Part shown: positions 11,131 to 20,228 of the stretch, piece by piece
Layout of the letters: the number at the start of each line of letters is the position of its first letter
Position numbering within the stretch: the stretch's first letter is position 1
NCBI GenBank assembly: GCA_963786405.1
Contig: CAWAZE010000020.1
Location: 8,089-72,088, forward strand
DNA from: an uncultured Acidobacteriaceae bacterium
GTDB taxonomy: Bacteria > Acidobacteriota > Terriglobia > Terriglobales > Acidobacteriaceae
DNA: 64,000 bases
Direction of reading: 5' to 3'
Notes under the pieces: generated by a model
Seen by the model: only the letters and a program-made list of their open reading frames with translations
What the model was told of the DNA's origin: nothing
The model's database searches: none
Translations under genes and position numbers: made by a program

Positions 11131-11207
11131 GTTCTCCGTACACCTCGAGGTGGATGTGCCCACCCAGCCGTCGTGCTATATTGCGGAATACTTCGCAGGA
11201 AAAGTGC

Positions 11208-11795
11208 GTGATAAACCCAGACAACGAAACCAAAATCAAGCTCATCGAAGATCGCGACGCCTCTGGCGAAGTGGCCGCGGTCTACGACGAATGGCGTGCC
11301 AAGTCTGGCCGACAAAAAGTACCCGGCATTTTGAAGTGCTTCAGCCACCGCCCCGACTTCCTGCGCGATGTGATCAGATTCAGCGACACGGTTCATTTTT
11401 CCCACGGTCATCTGGACCGAAGAACGAAGGAAGCGATTGCGAGCTGGGTTTCGTGGCTCAATCGCTGTCCGTATTGACTGGACTCGCATGCATACTTCCT
11501 GCGTGTTCAGGGAGCAGAAGAGAACATGGTGCAGGCGATAGCAAACGGCAAACTGGAAGAAGCCGGCTTGAGCCCCGCAGAGCGTGCCTTGCTTGACTAC
11601 GTCACCAAGGTGACGGAAGCGGCGTATCGTACCACCAACGAAGATGTTCAGTGCCTCCGGGATCATGGCTGGACGGAACCGCAGATCGCTGAAGCTGTGT
11701 ATATCACCGCAATGTTCGCCTTCTTCAATCGGGTTGCGGATGCCTTCGGAATAGCGCCACAGGGCTATCTCGAGATGAATGAGATGACGAAGTAG
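11208..11795 (+). CDS. AhpD/carboxymuconolactone-decarboxylase-like peroxidase selenoprotein (Sec90, CxxU)
   Basis: ORFs 11154..11477 and 11526..11795 are in frame. Read-through gives KEAIASWVSWLNRCPY-U-LDSH (AhpD ExxA..VS..N.C.YC..SH) and C-terminal FFNRVADAFG. GTG start after AGGA. Confidence 0.88.
11495..11514 (+). promoter_or_regulatory. SECIS-like hairpin of AhpD-like selenoprotein
   Basis: CTTCCTG-CGTGTT-CAGGGAG; loop 24 nt after UGA 11475-11477. Confidence 0.65.
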
Positions 11796-11802
11796 GAAAA
11801 CC

Positions 11803-12531
11803 ATGGACGGCACAAAGAAGAAGCGGATACGGAATTGGGTTGCCAGTATCGCCGCTCTCTGCTTCGCCGGCTGGCTTGGCCTCGTTGGTTATGTAAATTG
11901 GGCCATGCACCAGCCACCCGAGGTCTTCGGCCATGTCATGGCGAAGATGCCTATGCCCGCCTACTTTGTGCTTCCCTTCGAAACTCTCTGGACACGCGCG
12001 CGCCACGGGCAATTGAACGTCGGTGACGCCGCGCCTGACCTGGTGGTGAAGAAGCTTGAGGATCACAGTCCGACTGATCTGGCTGCACTGTGGGCGGACC
12101 GTCCAGTTGTTCTGGTTTTTGGCAGCTACACGTGACCGCCTTTTCGGCGGGAGGTTCCCGCCCTGAACAAGCTGGCTGATCAGTATCGCGACAAGATCGG
12201 ATTCTACGCCGTTTACATTCTTGAAGCGCATCCCACTGATGTGTGGCAGATGCGGTCCAATGTTCGCGATAACGTCCTCTTCAGCAGTCCGAAGGACGAG
12301 GTTGAACGCGCCTACGTTGCCGGCGCATGTGTGCGCAAGCTGGGCATCAAGTTCCCCGCGCTTGTAGATGGCTTCGACAATCGGGTCGAATCTGCTTACA
12401 CCGGCTGGCCCGACCGACTCTACCTGATAGGCAAAGGCGGCCGCGTCCTTTACAAGAGCAAGCCAGGGCCCTTCGGCTTTCACCCGGACGATCTGGCACA
12501 GGCCATCAAATCATTGCTCCCGGCTAACTGA
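11803..12531 (+). CDS. iodothyronine deiodinase-like selenoprotein with N-terminal TM anchor (Sec111)
   Basis: ORFs 11803..12135 and 12241..12531 are in frame. Read-through gives RPVVLVFGSYT-U-PPF...YILEAHPTDVW...VDGFDN...YTGWPDRLYLI, the deiodinase signature. Confidence 0.9.
12146..12162 (+). promoter_or_regulatory. SECIS-like hairpin of deiodinase-like selenoprotein
   Basis: Perfect 7-bp stem GGCGGGA-GGT-TCCCGCC; loop 17 nt after UGA 12133-12135. Confidence 0.75.
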
Positions 12532-13584
12532 TCACCGCCGCTACCGGGGCTCGCTTATCTTCCGGCGTCAAGGTGCCACCTTCCGCGAGCTTCTTCATGT
12601 TGCGGAGCATCTTCTCGAAGAGCAAGCGGTAGGTTCCCACCTGCTTCTGCCGCGCGGCATCGTCTGGCTGCGTGGAGCTGTCCCACACGAGGGTGTAGTA
12701 GAGGATAGTGCGGCCTGTTCCGAGCGGGCGCGCTTCCAACGTTCCGTGATACATCGGATACGGACCCGTGGCACGCAAGGGGTGCGTGTAGGTGTAGCTG
12801 TACCGTGTTTGTCCGACGATGACTGAATGGCCGGTGGTGCGAACAGCGCCAAGCTCGCCTTCTTTACCGGAGATCAGATCGCAACTCAGAAAACCCCATT
12901 CGCCGATGTCGCAAAACTTGCCAATACGCGCCCAGACCTTCTCAACCGGCGCATTGACGAGGATGGACATGGGTGGACTGGCATAGTGCGGATTGGGATT
13001 GAGGAACGGAGTGGTGATCGGCGGACGAAGTTTCCCAGCCGGCTTTGGTGGGAGCTTGCCTCCCTCGGCTAGCACCTTCATGTTCTTCAGCCACTCGGCG
13101 CAACGTGCGTGGCGAGCGGCAATATCCTTCTGCCGTGCAGCGTCATCGGCAAGGATCGAATCGTCGCGCAGCATGGTGTAACTCAGGCGTGTTGTGACCA
13201 GGGTCAGAGCCTCCGCAGCCAAGGTGCCGTGCGGCAAAGGATAAGGCGCGTCCTTGCGCGGCGCCTGGGCATAGGTGTAGCTGTACTGTGTCTGGCCCAC
13301 CAACACTTCACTCACGATCGATCGCACACTTCCGGGATCGCCATCGCCCTGCAGATACTTGCAGTCCTCCCACTCGGGAGAATTCATCCATTCGGTGATG
13401 TCGCAGAAGCCGCCGACCCGTGCCCAAACCTTGGCCACCGGTGCGTCGACTTCGATCGATTCGGTGACTGTTACGTAATGAGGATTCGGGATCTGAAGAG
13501 GAGCCTCTGCTGGTCTCTCCTGCGCAGTGCAGCAGCAGAGATGAGGGCACTCGTCGCTAGCAGGCCCATCTGAAGAAATCTCAT
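12524..13584 (-). CDS. secreted protein with two SRPBCC/polyketide-cyclase-like domains (apparent indel near 13527)
   Basis: Two copies of NPHY...V[DN]APV.KVWAR[VI]G.FCDI.EW...GQT.YSYTY...HGTL.A; signal peptide MRFLQMGLLATSALISAAAL(A)Q lies in the adjacent frame. Confidence 0.7.
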
Positions 13585-13616
13585 AGTGTCACTCATTCCT
13601 CGTGCCCGGAAATCTG

Positions 13617-14039
13617 CTATTTCAAGCTGTTATAGTCTTTGTCGCTGACAGGCTCTAACCAGATTGTTTTTCCCTTTTGAGTCGGTGTAACCGCTGTATA
13701 TGCAAAACTGCTATCCGGCACCGCGCCATGCCAATGCTCTACGCCGGGCGCGCATTTGATTACATCTCCCTTGTGAACGATTCGCACCGGCTTTCCCCGT
13801 TCCTGGTAATAGCCAGTGCCTTCGGTGATGAGCAGAACCTGACCGCCCGGATGAATATGCCAATCCAGCTTTGCACCGGGGCCGTAACTTGCCTGGGCGA
13901 TATTCGGATCAAATGTGGCGTCTCCTACATTGAGCTCGCTAAGCCAGATATCCCCCGTGTGATTCTTTGCGGTGGACAGTTCGCCTTTCGGGAAACCTGA
14001 ATTCGCTGTTTGTGCTTGAGCTTGGAAGAGCGTTGTCAA
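13617..14039 (-). CDS. cupin domain protein (start uncertain)
   Basis: WHIHPGGQVLLITEGTG...GDVI..APGVEHWHGA cupin motifs. Confidence 0.8.
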   Translation of the reverse strand: MTTLFQAQAQTANSGFPKGELSTAKNHTGDIWLSELNVGDATFDPNIAQASYGPGAKLDWHIHPGGQVLLITEGTGYYQERGKPVRIVHKGDVIKCAPGVEHWHGAVPDSSFAYTAVTPTQKGKTIWLEPVSDKDYNSLK

Positions 14040-14146
14040 GAATCTTACGCGCCGCTCGCTCCCGCAATCTTCGGCTTTGCTTTGCCGCTTTCTCTAGAAA
14101 GCCCAATGAGCGCAGAATCGAGTTAATCGAGTCTGAAGGTCAGTCT

Positions 14147-16291
14147 TCACCGCGTCGGTTGAGCTAACGGGAACCGATAGATGTTTACGCTGATCGGCGC
14201 AACCGAGATCGTCCCCGAAGCGCCGCCAATCGGAATCTCTTTTACCTCGACCTGCGGCTTCTGACCAACGTGATTGGCGGCGTCCAGGCTCCTTCCTGTC
14301 ATCTGCCACAGAGTCGATGGGCCTGCCAGTGGCGTGCCGGTCACGTTCAGATCGAACTTCTGTTCCGATTCCGTCGCATTCACAACAGCAATGGTTAGAT
14401 ACTTACGGTCCGTGGTCAGCGCAGCGAACATGTCGAGCGGATAAGTCGGGCTACCTGGGTTTGTCTTTGGCTGATCTCCTGCAATTGGGTACTTGGGCGC
14501 CGGTTGAGGCGAGTTTCCTGAAAGCGCAACCGGGATCGAGCCGAGGTGATCGTCGTAGATCTTGAAAAGGAGTCCCGTCGTGTTGAAGACGGCTTCAGTG
14601 CCGTTATAGTCGAGTGTCGAAACGCCCATTGTGAATGCAGACATTTTAAGAAAATCGGTGTATCGAAGCATCTCGTTAAAGACCATGCCATAGGCAAGGG
14701 CTAGCTTGAGATTCACAGGCGCACCGCTGTACGCGTACTCGTCGATGGACAGGAATATCTTTTTGTCGAGCATCGCCGGAAAGCGTTTCTGGTACTCCTG
14801 CCATTCTTCAGCCTTCTGGCGCACGCGATTTGATGGATATCGCGCCCACTCGAGTAGAGTCTGGTCTGCGTTCAGATACCCGGCCTCGTTCGGCGCATCC
14901 GGCGGAAGGCTCTTTGCGTGGTCGTAATCAAAGCGCTTGCCCGCTCTTGCGTACCAATGTTCTGTGAGGCCGTCGAAACTTCCCCAGCTTTGCGCAAGAA
15001 GTCCGCCCGTAAAGTCCGCTGCCGAAGCAAACTGGGCCTGCGGGTCAGCCATATGCAGGGCGCGTGCCTGACCTGTGACGGTCATTTCGTCGGGCATTGC
15101 ACCCGAAGCGAGGAGGGTGATTGACGGGTCGACTTTACGCATCGCCCCCGCAAATTCGTTGGTTTTGAGGACGAAGTACTTCAGATCGGTGCGGCCGATC
15201 TGCCAATTCCCGTAGGGCTCGTTTCCAATGTCCCAGAACCTGACATGGTAGGGCTCGGGATGACCGTTGCGCGCGCGTTCTGCGCCCAGGCGCGTGTGAG
15301 TGGACCCGTTGATGTACTCGACCTCTTCCGCCGCCGAATGCGCGTCGCCAAAGCCTGCGTTGACTGTGATGTATGGCTCTGTACCAATCAGCTTGCAGAG
15401 AGTCATGAATTCGTCCATGCCCACATCGTTCGTCTGCATGGCGTTCCACGCATAGTCAAACATGGGCGGACGCTTGTCGATGTCGCCGACGGAGTCGTAC
15501 CAGTTCCAATCAGAAAGGAAATTGCCGCCTGGCAGGCGCCACATACCCGAGTGGAGCTGGCGCAACAATGCAATAGTATCGGGGCGAAAACCCTGCACGT
15601 TGTCCACCGGCATCAGTGACACGGTACCAATATGAAGATTCCCGGTGCCCATGCCAGTGATTTCCAGAGATGCGGCGTTTGAATCGGCCTGAGATGTGAA
15701 ATTGAGTGGAAACTTCCTGAACTCATTGGTGAGTGCGGCAAAGGAGATGGTCTGCCGGTCATTTTCGCGTTCACCCCAGATCAGCGAAATCTTCACCTTG
15801 CTGCCGGGGGTGCCGCGTAGATAAATCCGGCCCGTATACTTCTTGCCTTTAACCAGAGCGAAGCCCGATTGCCGGATGCCACGCGGCGTGGAGGAGTCGA
15901 GCTCAATCCGTGGGCTGTGGTCGCCGACAAACGGCTCGTCCTTGTCCATCACTACAACTTCGTCGGGACCAACAGGGCGCCATTTGCGGAGTTGCATGTT
16001 TCGGAATGGACCGCCCTGCTGCTGGACTGCATCAAGTTCCTTGGATGAGATCGGGAAATAGAACTTGCGGTCGTCGAGTATCTCCGACCACAGGCTGCGG
16101 TAGATGAGGGTGCGAATGTGCTCGATGAACATGCCAAACTCGTACTTCGAGACCGGTTCAGCAGTCTGTCGCGTATTGACGGTGACCATTAGCGGATTCG
16201 AAAGTGCTGGCTCGGACCGCTGTGCGGCAGCTGCAATCGTGCACCCAAGACAAAACGCCTCTGCGGCAAACAGCGCGATCCTTATCCTCAT
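14147..16291 (-). CDS. alpha-L-arabinofuranosidase (GH51), secreted
   Basis: FGMFIEH, RLPGGNF, GMDEFM, IGNEPYG (acid/base), SIDEY (nucleophile); signal peptide. Confidence 0.88.
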   Translation of the reverse strand: MRIRIALFAAEAFCLGCTIAAAAQRSEPALSNPLMVTVNTRQTAEPVSKYEFGMFIEHIRTLIYRSLWSEILDDRKFYFPISSKELDAVQQQGGPFRNMQLRKWRPVGPDEVVVMDKDEPFVGDHSPRIELDSSTPRGIRQSGFALVKGKKYTGRIYLRGTPGSKVKISLIWGERENDRQTISFAALTNEFRKFPLNFTSQADSNAASLEITGMGTGNLHIGTVSLMPVDNVQGFRPDTIALLRQLHSGMWRLPGGNFLSDWNWYDSVGDIDKRPPMFDYAWNAMQTNDVGMDEFMTLCKLIGTEPYITVNAGFGDAHSAAEEVEYINGSTHTRLGAERARNGHPEPYHVRFWDIGNEPYGNWQIGRTDLKYFVLKTNEFAGAMRKVDPSITLLASGAMPDEMTVTGQARALHMADPQAQFASAADFTGGLLAQSWGSFDGLTEHWYARAGKRFDYDHAKSLPPDAPNEAGYLNADQTLLEWARYPSNRVRQKAEEWQEYQKRFPAMLDKKIFLSIDEYAYSGAPVNLKLALAYGMVFNEMLRYTDFLKMSAFTMGVSTLDYNGTEAVFNTTGLLFKIYDDHLGSIPVALSGNSPQPAPKYPIAGDQPKTNPGSPTYPLDMFAALTTDRKYLTIAVVNATESEQKFDLNVTGTPLAGPSTLWQMTGRSLDAANHVGQKPQVEVKEIPIGGASGTISVAPISVNIYRFPLAQPTR

Positions 16292-16949
16292 TGAGCTCTC
16301 CTGTCCTTCTCTGTCCAATCAGCTCTTTGCTTTCACTTCCCGTGCCAACCCTTAGCTCCTGAGCGTATCCATTGTCTATTCGTGCAAGGTGAAAGGGAAC
16401 AGTCTGACCTTAACTGTCAGGCAGCAGGTTATCCCCTTCGACTTGTTGATTCAACACGTCGCGAGTGCACTTGCAGCCTACAGCAGAGCTCCCTGTCAAT
16501 CGCCGAAGGCTCGCATCCGCCACTGACTTGCCATTCCGGAACGAGTCGACGGCGGCGAGCTTTATATCCTGCCACGCACCGCTGACCTTCGGCCGCACGC
16601 GGGCATGCACGAAACCACGATCTTGTCTCCGCTGAAGATGAACTGCTCCAGCTCACTGTGCACCTCATCCACACCGGCCCGCGATTGTGCGAGGTATTTC
16701 TTCACTCCTTCAACGCCGTGATCGTGTCGCCAGCCGGAACCTCTTTCGCTCGCTGTACTCGATGTCGGGATCGAGCGGCTTCACGCCGCGCCGGTGTCGT
16801 GCCTTCGTCAATGAGGCGTTCGATTTCTGACATCGGGATCATGTGCGGTTGGAGGCGAAGCGGCGTGCCGTCGAGGCGCTAGACGCGATGGCGAGGCAGC
16901 CTGTGCAGTAGGCACCTAAGGGGACTCGAAATGCACGAAATCGCATCGG

Positions 16950-16971
16950 GTCCCCACAAAAGTCCCCACAA
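16950..16971. repeat. tandem 10-bp direct repeat just downstream of tRNA-Pro (possible integrase arm-type sites)
   Basis: GTCCCCACAA at 16950-16959 and 16962-16971, 46 bp from the tRNA CCA end. Confidence 0.5.
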
Positions 16972-17017
16972 TCCCGCTCCAGACTCGAGAATCAATTTTG
17001 CAAGCGATTGATTTTAA

Positions 17018-17094
17018 TGGTCGGGACGGGCAGATTTGAACTGCCGACCCCTCGCACCCCAAGCGAGTGCTCTACCAGGCTGAGCCACGTCCCG
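17018..17094 (-). tRNA. tRNA-Pro (anticodon GGG)
   Basis: Reverse complement CGGGACGTGGCTCAGCCTGGTAGAGCACTCGC-TTGGGGT-GCGAGGGGTCGGCAGTTCAAATCTGCCCGTCCCGACCA. Confidence 0.96.
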
Positions 17095-17187
17095 ACACAA
17101 TCGAGCCGGCTCGGGTGAGCCGGCTTCTGGGGTCTGAGTTCAGTTTACACCAGCAGCGCGTGATGCGCCCGCACCGGGCCGCCGCGC

Positions 17188-17460
17188 TCAGTGCGTCGGC
17201 GGAACAAATTCCTGAGGCAGCGCCGATCCCTCGCCAAAGAAGAACTGCTCCATCTGATCCACCAGGAACTCCTGCGCCTGCGGAGTCCACGGCTGCAGCC
17301 GGTACTCGTTCAGCAGCATCTTCTGCCGGTCCACCCACTCGCCCCAGGCCGCCTTCGAAACATTCTTATAGATCTTCTGGCCAAACTCCGAGTCGAAGGG
17401 CGGCTCATCCAGCCCCTCCATCTCCTTCTTATATCGAACACAAAAAACCATGTGCGCCAT
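17188..17460 (-). CDS. yggX: Fe(II)-trafficking / oxidative damage protection protein
   Basis: MVFCVRYKKEMEGLD..P....G..IY.NVSK.AW..W...Q.MLLNEYRL...FL..QME.FFF. Confidence 0.92.
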   Translation of the reverse strand: MAHMVFCVRYKKEMEGLDEPPFDSEFGQKIYKNVSKAAWGEWVDRQKMLLNEYRLQPWTPQAQEFLVDQMEQFFFGEGSALPQEFVPPTH

Positions 17461-17596
17461 TCGTCCTAGCTCCTGTCTCCATTGTATTGGATGGCCGGTC
17501 AGTCACGCAGGTGACGGTTCAGCATATGGGCCACGGCTTTGAGCCTCAGAACAACCTCTCAAGCAAATCCCGCCATGAGCAATGGGTGCAACGGAC

Positions 17597-19315
17597 TCAC
17601 TGGCCCGCCTGCCCAACGATTTGGCGGATCTGAATCACCACGAACTCGGCAGGCCGCAGCGGGGCAAACCCGACCACGATATTGACGATGCCGAGGTCGA
17701 TGTCGCTCTGCGTCGTAGTCTGGCCGTCGCACTTTACAAAATAAGCGTCCTTGGGCGTTGTCCCCATAAAGGCGCCCTTCGCGAACAGCGAATGCATGAA
17801 CGCGCCTGCGCTGAGCCGGATCTGTGCCCACAGGGGCTCCGCGTTTGGCTCAAACACAACCCACTGAAGGCCCCGATTGAGGCTCTCTTCGATGTACAGC
17901 GCAAGGCGTCGCACTGGGACATATTTGAATTCATCGCCGAGTTGGTCGGCCCCATGCAGCGTTCGCGCGCCCCATATCCTGAATCCCGTTGGAAAACTGC
18001 GCAGGCAATTGATGCCGAGTTGATTCAACTCTCCGTTTTCGAAATCGTTCAGGGTAGCACTGAGAGTCTCCACATCGACCAGCGTCGCCTCTCCGCCGGC
18101 CGGAGCCTTCCACACCCCGCGCGTTGTATCGATGCGCGCATACACTCCGGCGATTGCACCGCTTGCCGGCATGACTTGCGGTCCACCCTCATCAACCGGA
18201 TCTACCTCCATCAGCCGGGGAAAGTAGAGGGCCGCGTTCCCGCTTCGAGTCCCGACGTAGTCCTCAGTGGCTGTGAACTTCTGCTTCGCAATTTCCGCCG
18301 TTGTCCAGTCCTTCGGAGCGTCCACCAGCAGCATCGCACGCCGATTTTCACAATAGACCGCAGCTGCGGTGACTACTTCGGGATCGACGTCGAGCGGATC
18401 TGCAGGCGAGCGGTAGGGCGGGATGCAAAGCAAGTTGAACAGGCTGGTCTGCTCAAGGGCATACAAGCCTTTCTGCGAGGTCAGCCCCCCAGACGGGACG
18501 AAGTCCGTCGTTTCAAGCCAAAGACCATCGGAGACGCTGGCCGACGCGGCGGCTAACGCGGAGTCCAGAGCCGCCTTGGCTCCTGCCGCGTCTCTCCTGG
18601 CCTGGATAAGATCCGCCGAGCGCCCTGAATTCTCCAGCGCAGCCATGGCCTTCAATCGCGATGCGTAATTCTCTTCGCGCGCGCTGAGAGTGTCCATCCC
18701 GGGCACAATCGGTTTTCCGGGATCAGGCTCGCCATCGTAGCGAAGCAGTTCCGAAGCGGATGCGAGAACCCTGTCAACCCGGCGTGGAGTGTCCTTAACC
18801 GTGAGATTCACATACCGCTCTGAACTATTGGCGGAGTTGTCGCGCACCGTCAGGTTGAACAGGTCCGACGGCGCCAGGCGCAGCGCCACGGCGGCATCGT
18901 CTGGAATATTGTCCTGGTCAACTGAGACCCTGAGTGAAACGCCCCATCGTCCTTCGCTGGCGGCGACAAATACCAGATTGCCTGCGGTCAGGAGCGCCCT
19001 TGCTGCCGGTGGCGGAACCGGAGGAACGGCCTGCGGGTCTCCGGGGTCGGAATGATACAGCCGGACGATGACCGCCGATGTGCCGCCGTTCCTGAAGAAG
19101 TCTCGCACTGCGTATCCAAGCGAACTGTTCGTCCCCAGGTTGCCAAATTGCCGCTCAAACGCCGCTAAGCCGGTAACTTGAGTCGCCTGGTTTACAGGCC
19201 CCCGGAAAGGGCTGCCGACAAATGCGGCAATGGACGTATCAACTCCGGGGATCGTTCGAACACCCGTTGCGATCTCCTCAACGTAAACTCCCGGAAACGT
19301 GGTTTCAACCGGCAT
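17597..19315 (-). CDS. phage/eCIS-type contractile tail sheath protein (orphan)
   Basis: MPVETTFPGVYVEEI..GV.TSIAAFVG start; RGVWKAPAG, GINCLRSF, IWGARTL, KYVPVRRL, QWVVFEPN, VGFAPLRPAEFV. Confidence 0.92.
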   Translation of the reverse strand: MPVETTFPGVYVEEIATGVRTIPGVDTSIAAFVGSPFRGPVNQATQVTGLAAFERQFGNLGTNSSLGYAVRDFFRNGGTSAVIVRLYHSDPGDPQAVPPVPPPAARALLTAGNLVFVAASEGRWGVSLRVSVDQDNIPDDAAVALRLAPSDLFNLTVRDNSANSSERYVNLTVKDTPRRVDRVLASASELLRYDGEPDPGKPIVPGMDTLSAREENYASRLKAMAALENSGRSADLIQARRDAAGAKAALDSALAAASASVSDGLWLETTDFVPSGGLTSQKGLYALEQTSLFNLLCIPPYRSPADPLDVDPEVVTAAAVYCENRRAMLLVDAPKDWTTAEIAKQKFTATEDYVGTRSGNAALYFPRLMEVDPVDEGGPQVMPASGAIAGVYARIDTTRGVWKAPAGGEATLVDVETLSATLNDFENGELNQLGINCLRSFPTGFRIWGARTLHGADQLGDEFKYVPVRRLALYIEESLNRGLQWVVFEPNAEPLWAQIRLSAGAFMHSLFAKGAFMGTTPKDAYFVKCDGQTTTQSDIDLGIVNIVVGFAPLRPAEFVVIQIRQIVGQAGQ

Positions 19316-19496
19316 AACGGGTCGCCCCCTGTGCTTGCCATCATCAAGCCTGCACTGGCGTGCATCCAAGCACGATTTGTGTGCGACGTCCCTGTTGGCT
19401 TCCGGGCCTGGCATCCCAGTTCCAGCGACACCGAGTCGCAGCAGGTCCAACGAATCGCCCTTCGCACTCACGAGTGTGCACGGCTATTCTCTCTCT

Positions 19497-20228
19497 ATGT
19501 GCGGCCGATTCGCTCGTCGATCCACCCAGGAAGTCCTCGCCGACTGGTTCGGCGTCGAACCCGAGGACATGCCCTTCTTCGCGCCCACCTTTAACGCGGC
19601 TCCCCAGAGCACCCAGCCCGTCGTACGCCTCAGCGCCGATACCGGCAAGCGCGAATTCGCCCTCATGCGCTGGGGACTCGTGCCCTTCTGGGCCAAGGAC
19701 CAGAAACTCGGACTAAGCACCATCAATGCCCGCGCCGAAGAAGCCGCCTCCAAACCCCTCTTTCGCGAAGCAATGAAGAAGCGCCGTTGCCTCATTCCCG
19801 CCGACGCCTTCTACGAGTGGCAACGTCTCGATCTCAAAACCAGGCGCCCTTTTGCATTCGCCCTTGCCAACGGCGAGCCCTACGCCTTCGCAGGATTATG
19901 GGAACGCTGGAAGCCGAGGGAAGGTCCGGTGCTCGAGACCTTTACCATCCTCACCACTGACCCCAACGAACTCGCCGAAAAGGTCCACAATCGCATGCCC
20001 GTCATTCTCGACCCCCGCGACTACGATCGCTGGATGGAGCCAGGCGATTCGTCCCGCCCTCCCCTCGACCTCCTGCGCCCCTATGCCGCCGAGAAGATGC
20101 GCGCCTGGCCCGTCAACACTCGTGTAGGCAACGTTCGCAATGACGACCCGCAGCTCCTCGAAGAGTGCCCGCCCGATGCCCCGGGGGCAATGAACGAGCC
20201 TCTGCAACTCCCCCTCCTGGCGGAATGA
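19497..20228 (+). CDS. SOS response-associated peptidase (SRAP/YedK-like abasic-site protein)
   Basis: N-terminal MCGRF, RWGLVPFW, INARAE, RCLIPADAFYEW, HNRMPVIL. Confidence 0.93.
   Translation: MCGRFARRSTQEVLADWFGVEPEDMPFFAPTFNAAPQSTQPVVRLSADTGKREFALMRWGLVPFWAKDQKLGLSTINARAEEAASKPLFREAMKKRRCLIPADAFYEWQRLDLKTRRPFAFALANGEPYAFAGLWERWKPREGPVLETFTILTTDPNELAEKVHNRMPVILDPRDYDRWMEPGDSSRPPLDLLRPYAAEKMRAWPVNTRVGNVRNDDPQLLEECPPDAPGAMNEPLQLPLLAE

Noticed and set aside
6401-12531. Terminal TGA stops of DUF3179 (6401), selD (7722) and deiodinase-like (12529) genes as further read-through sites
   Set aside because: The proteins are complete at these points by family motifs; downstream sequence is intergenic or the next gene.
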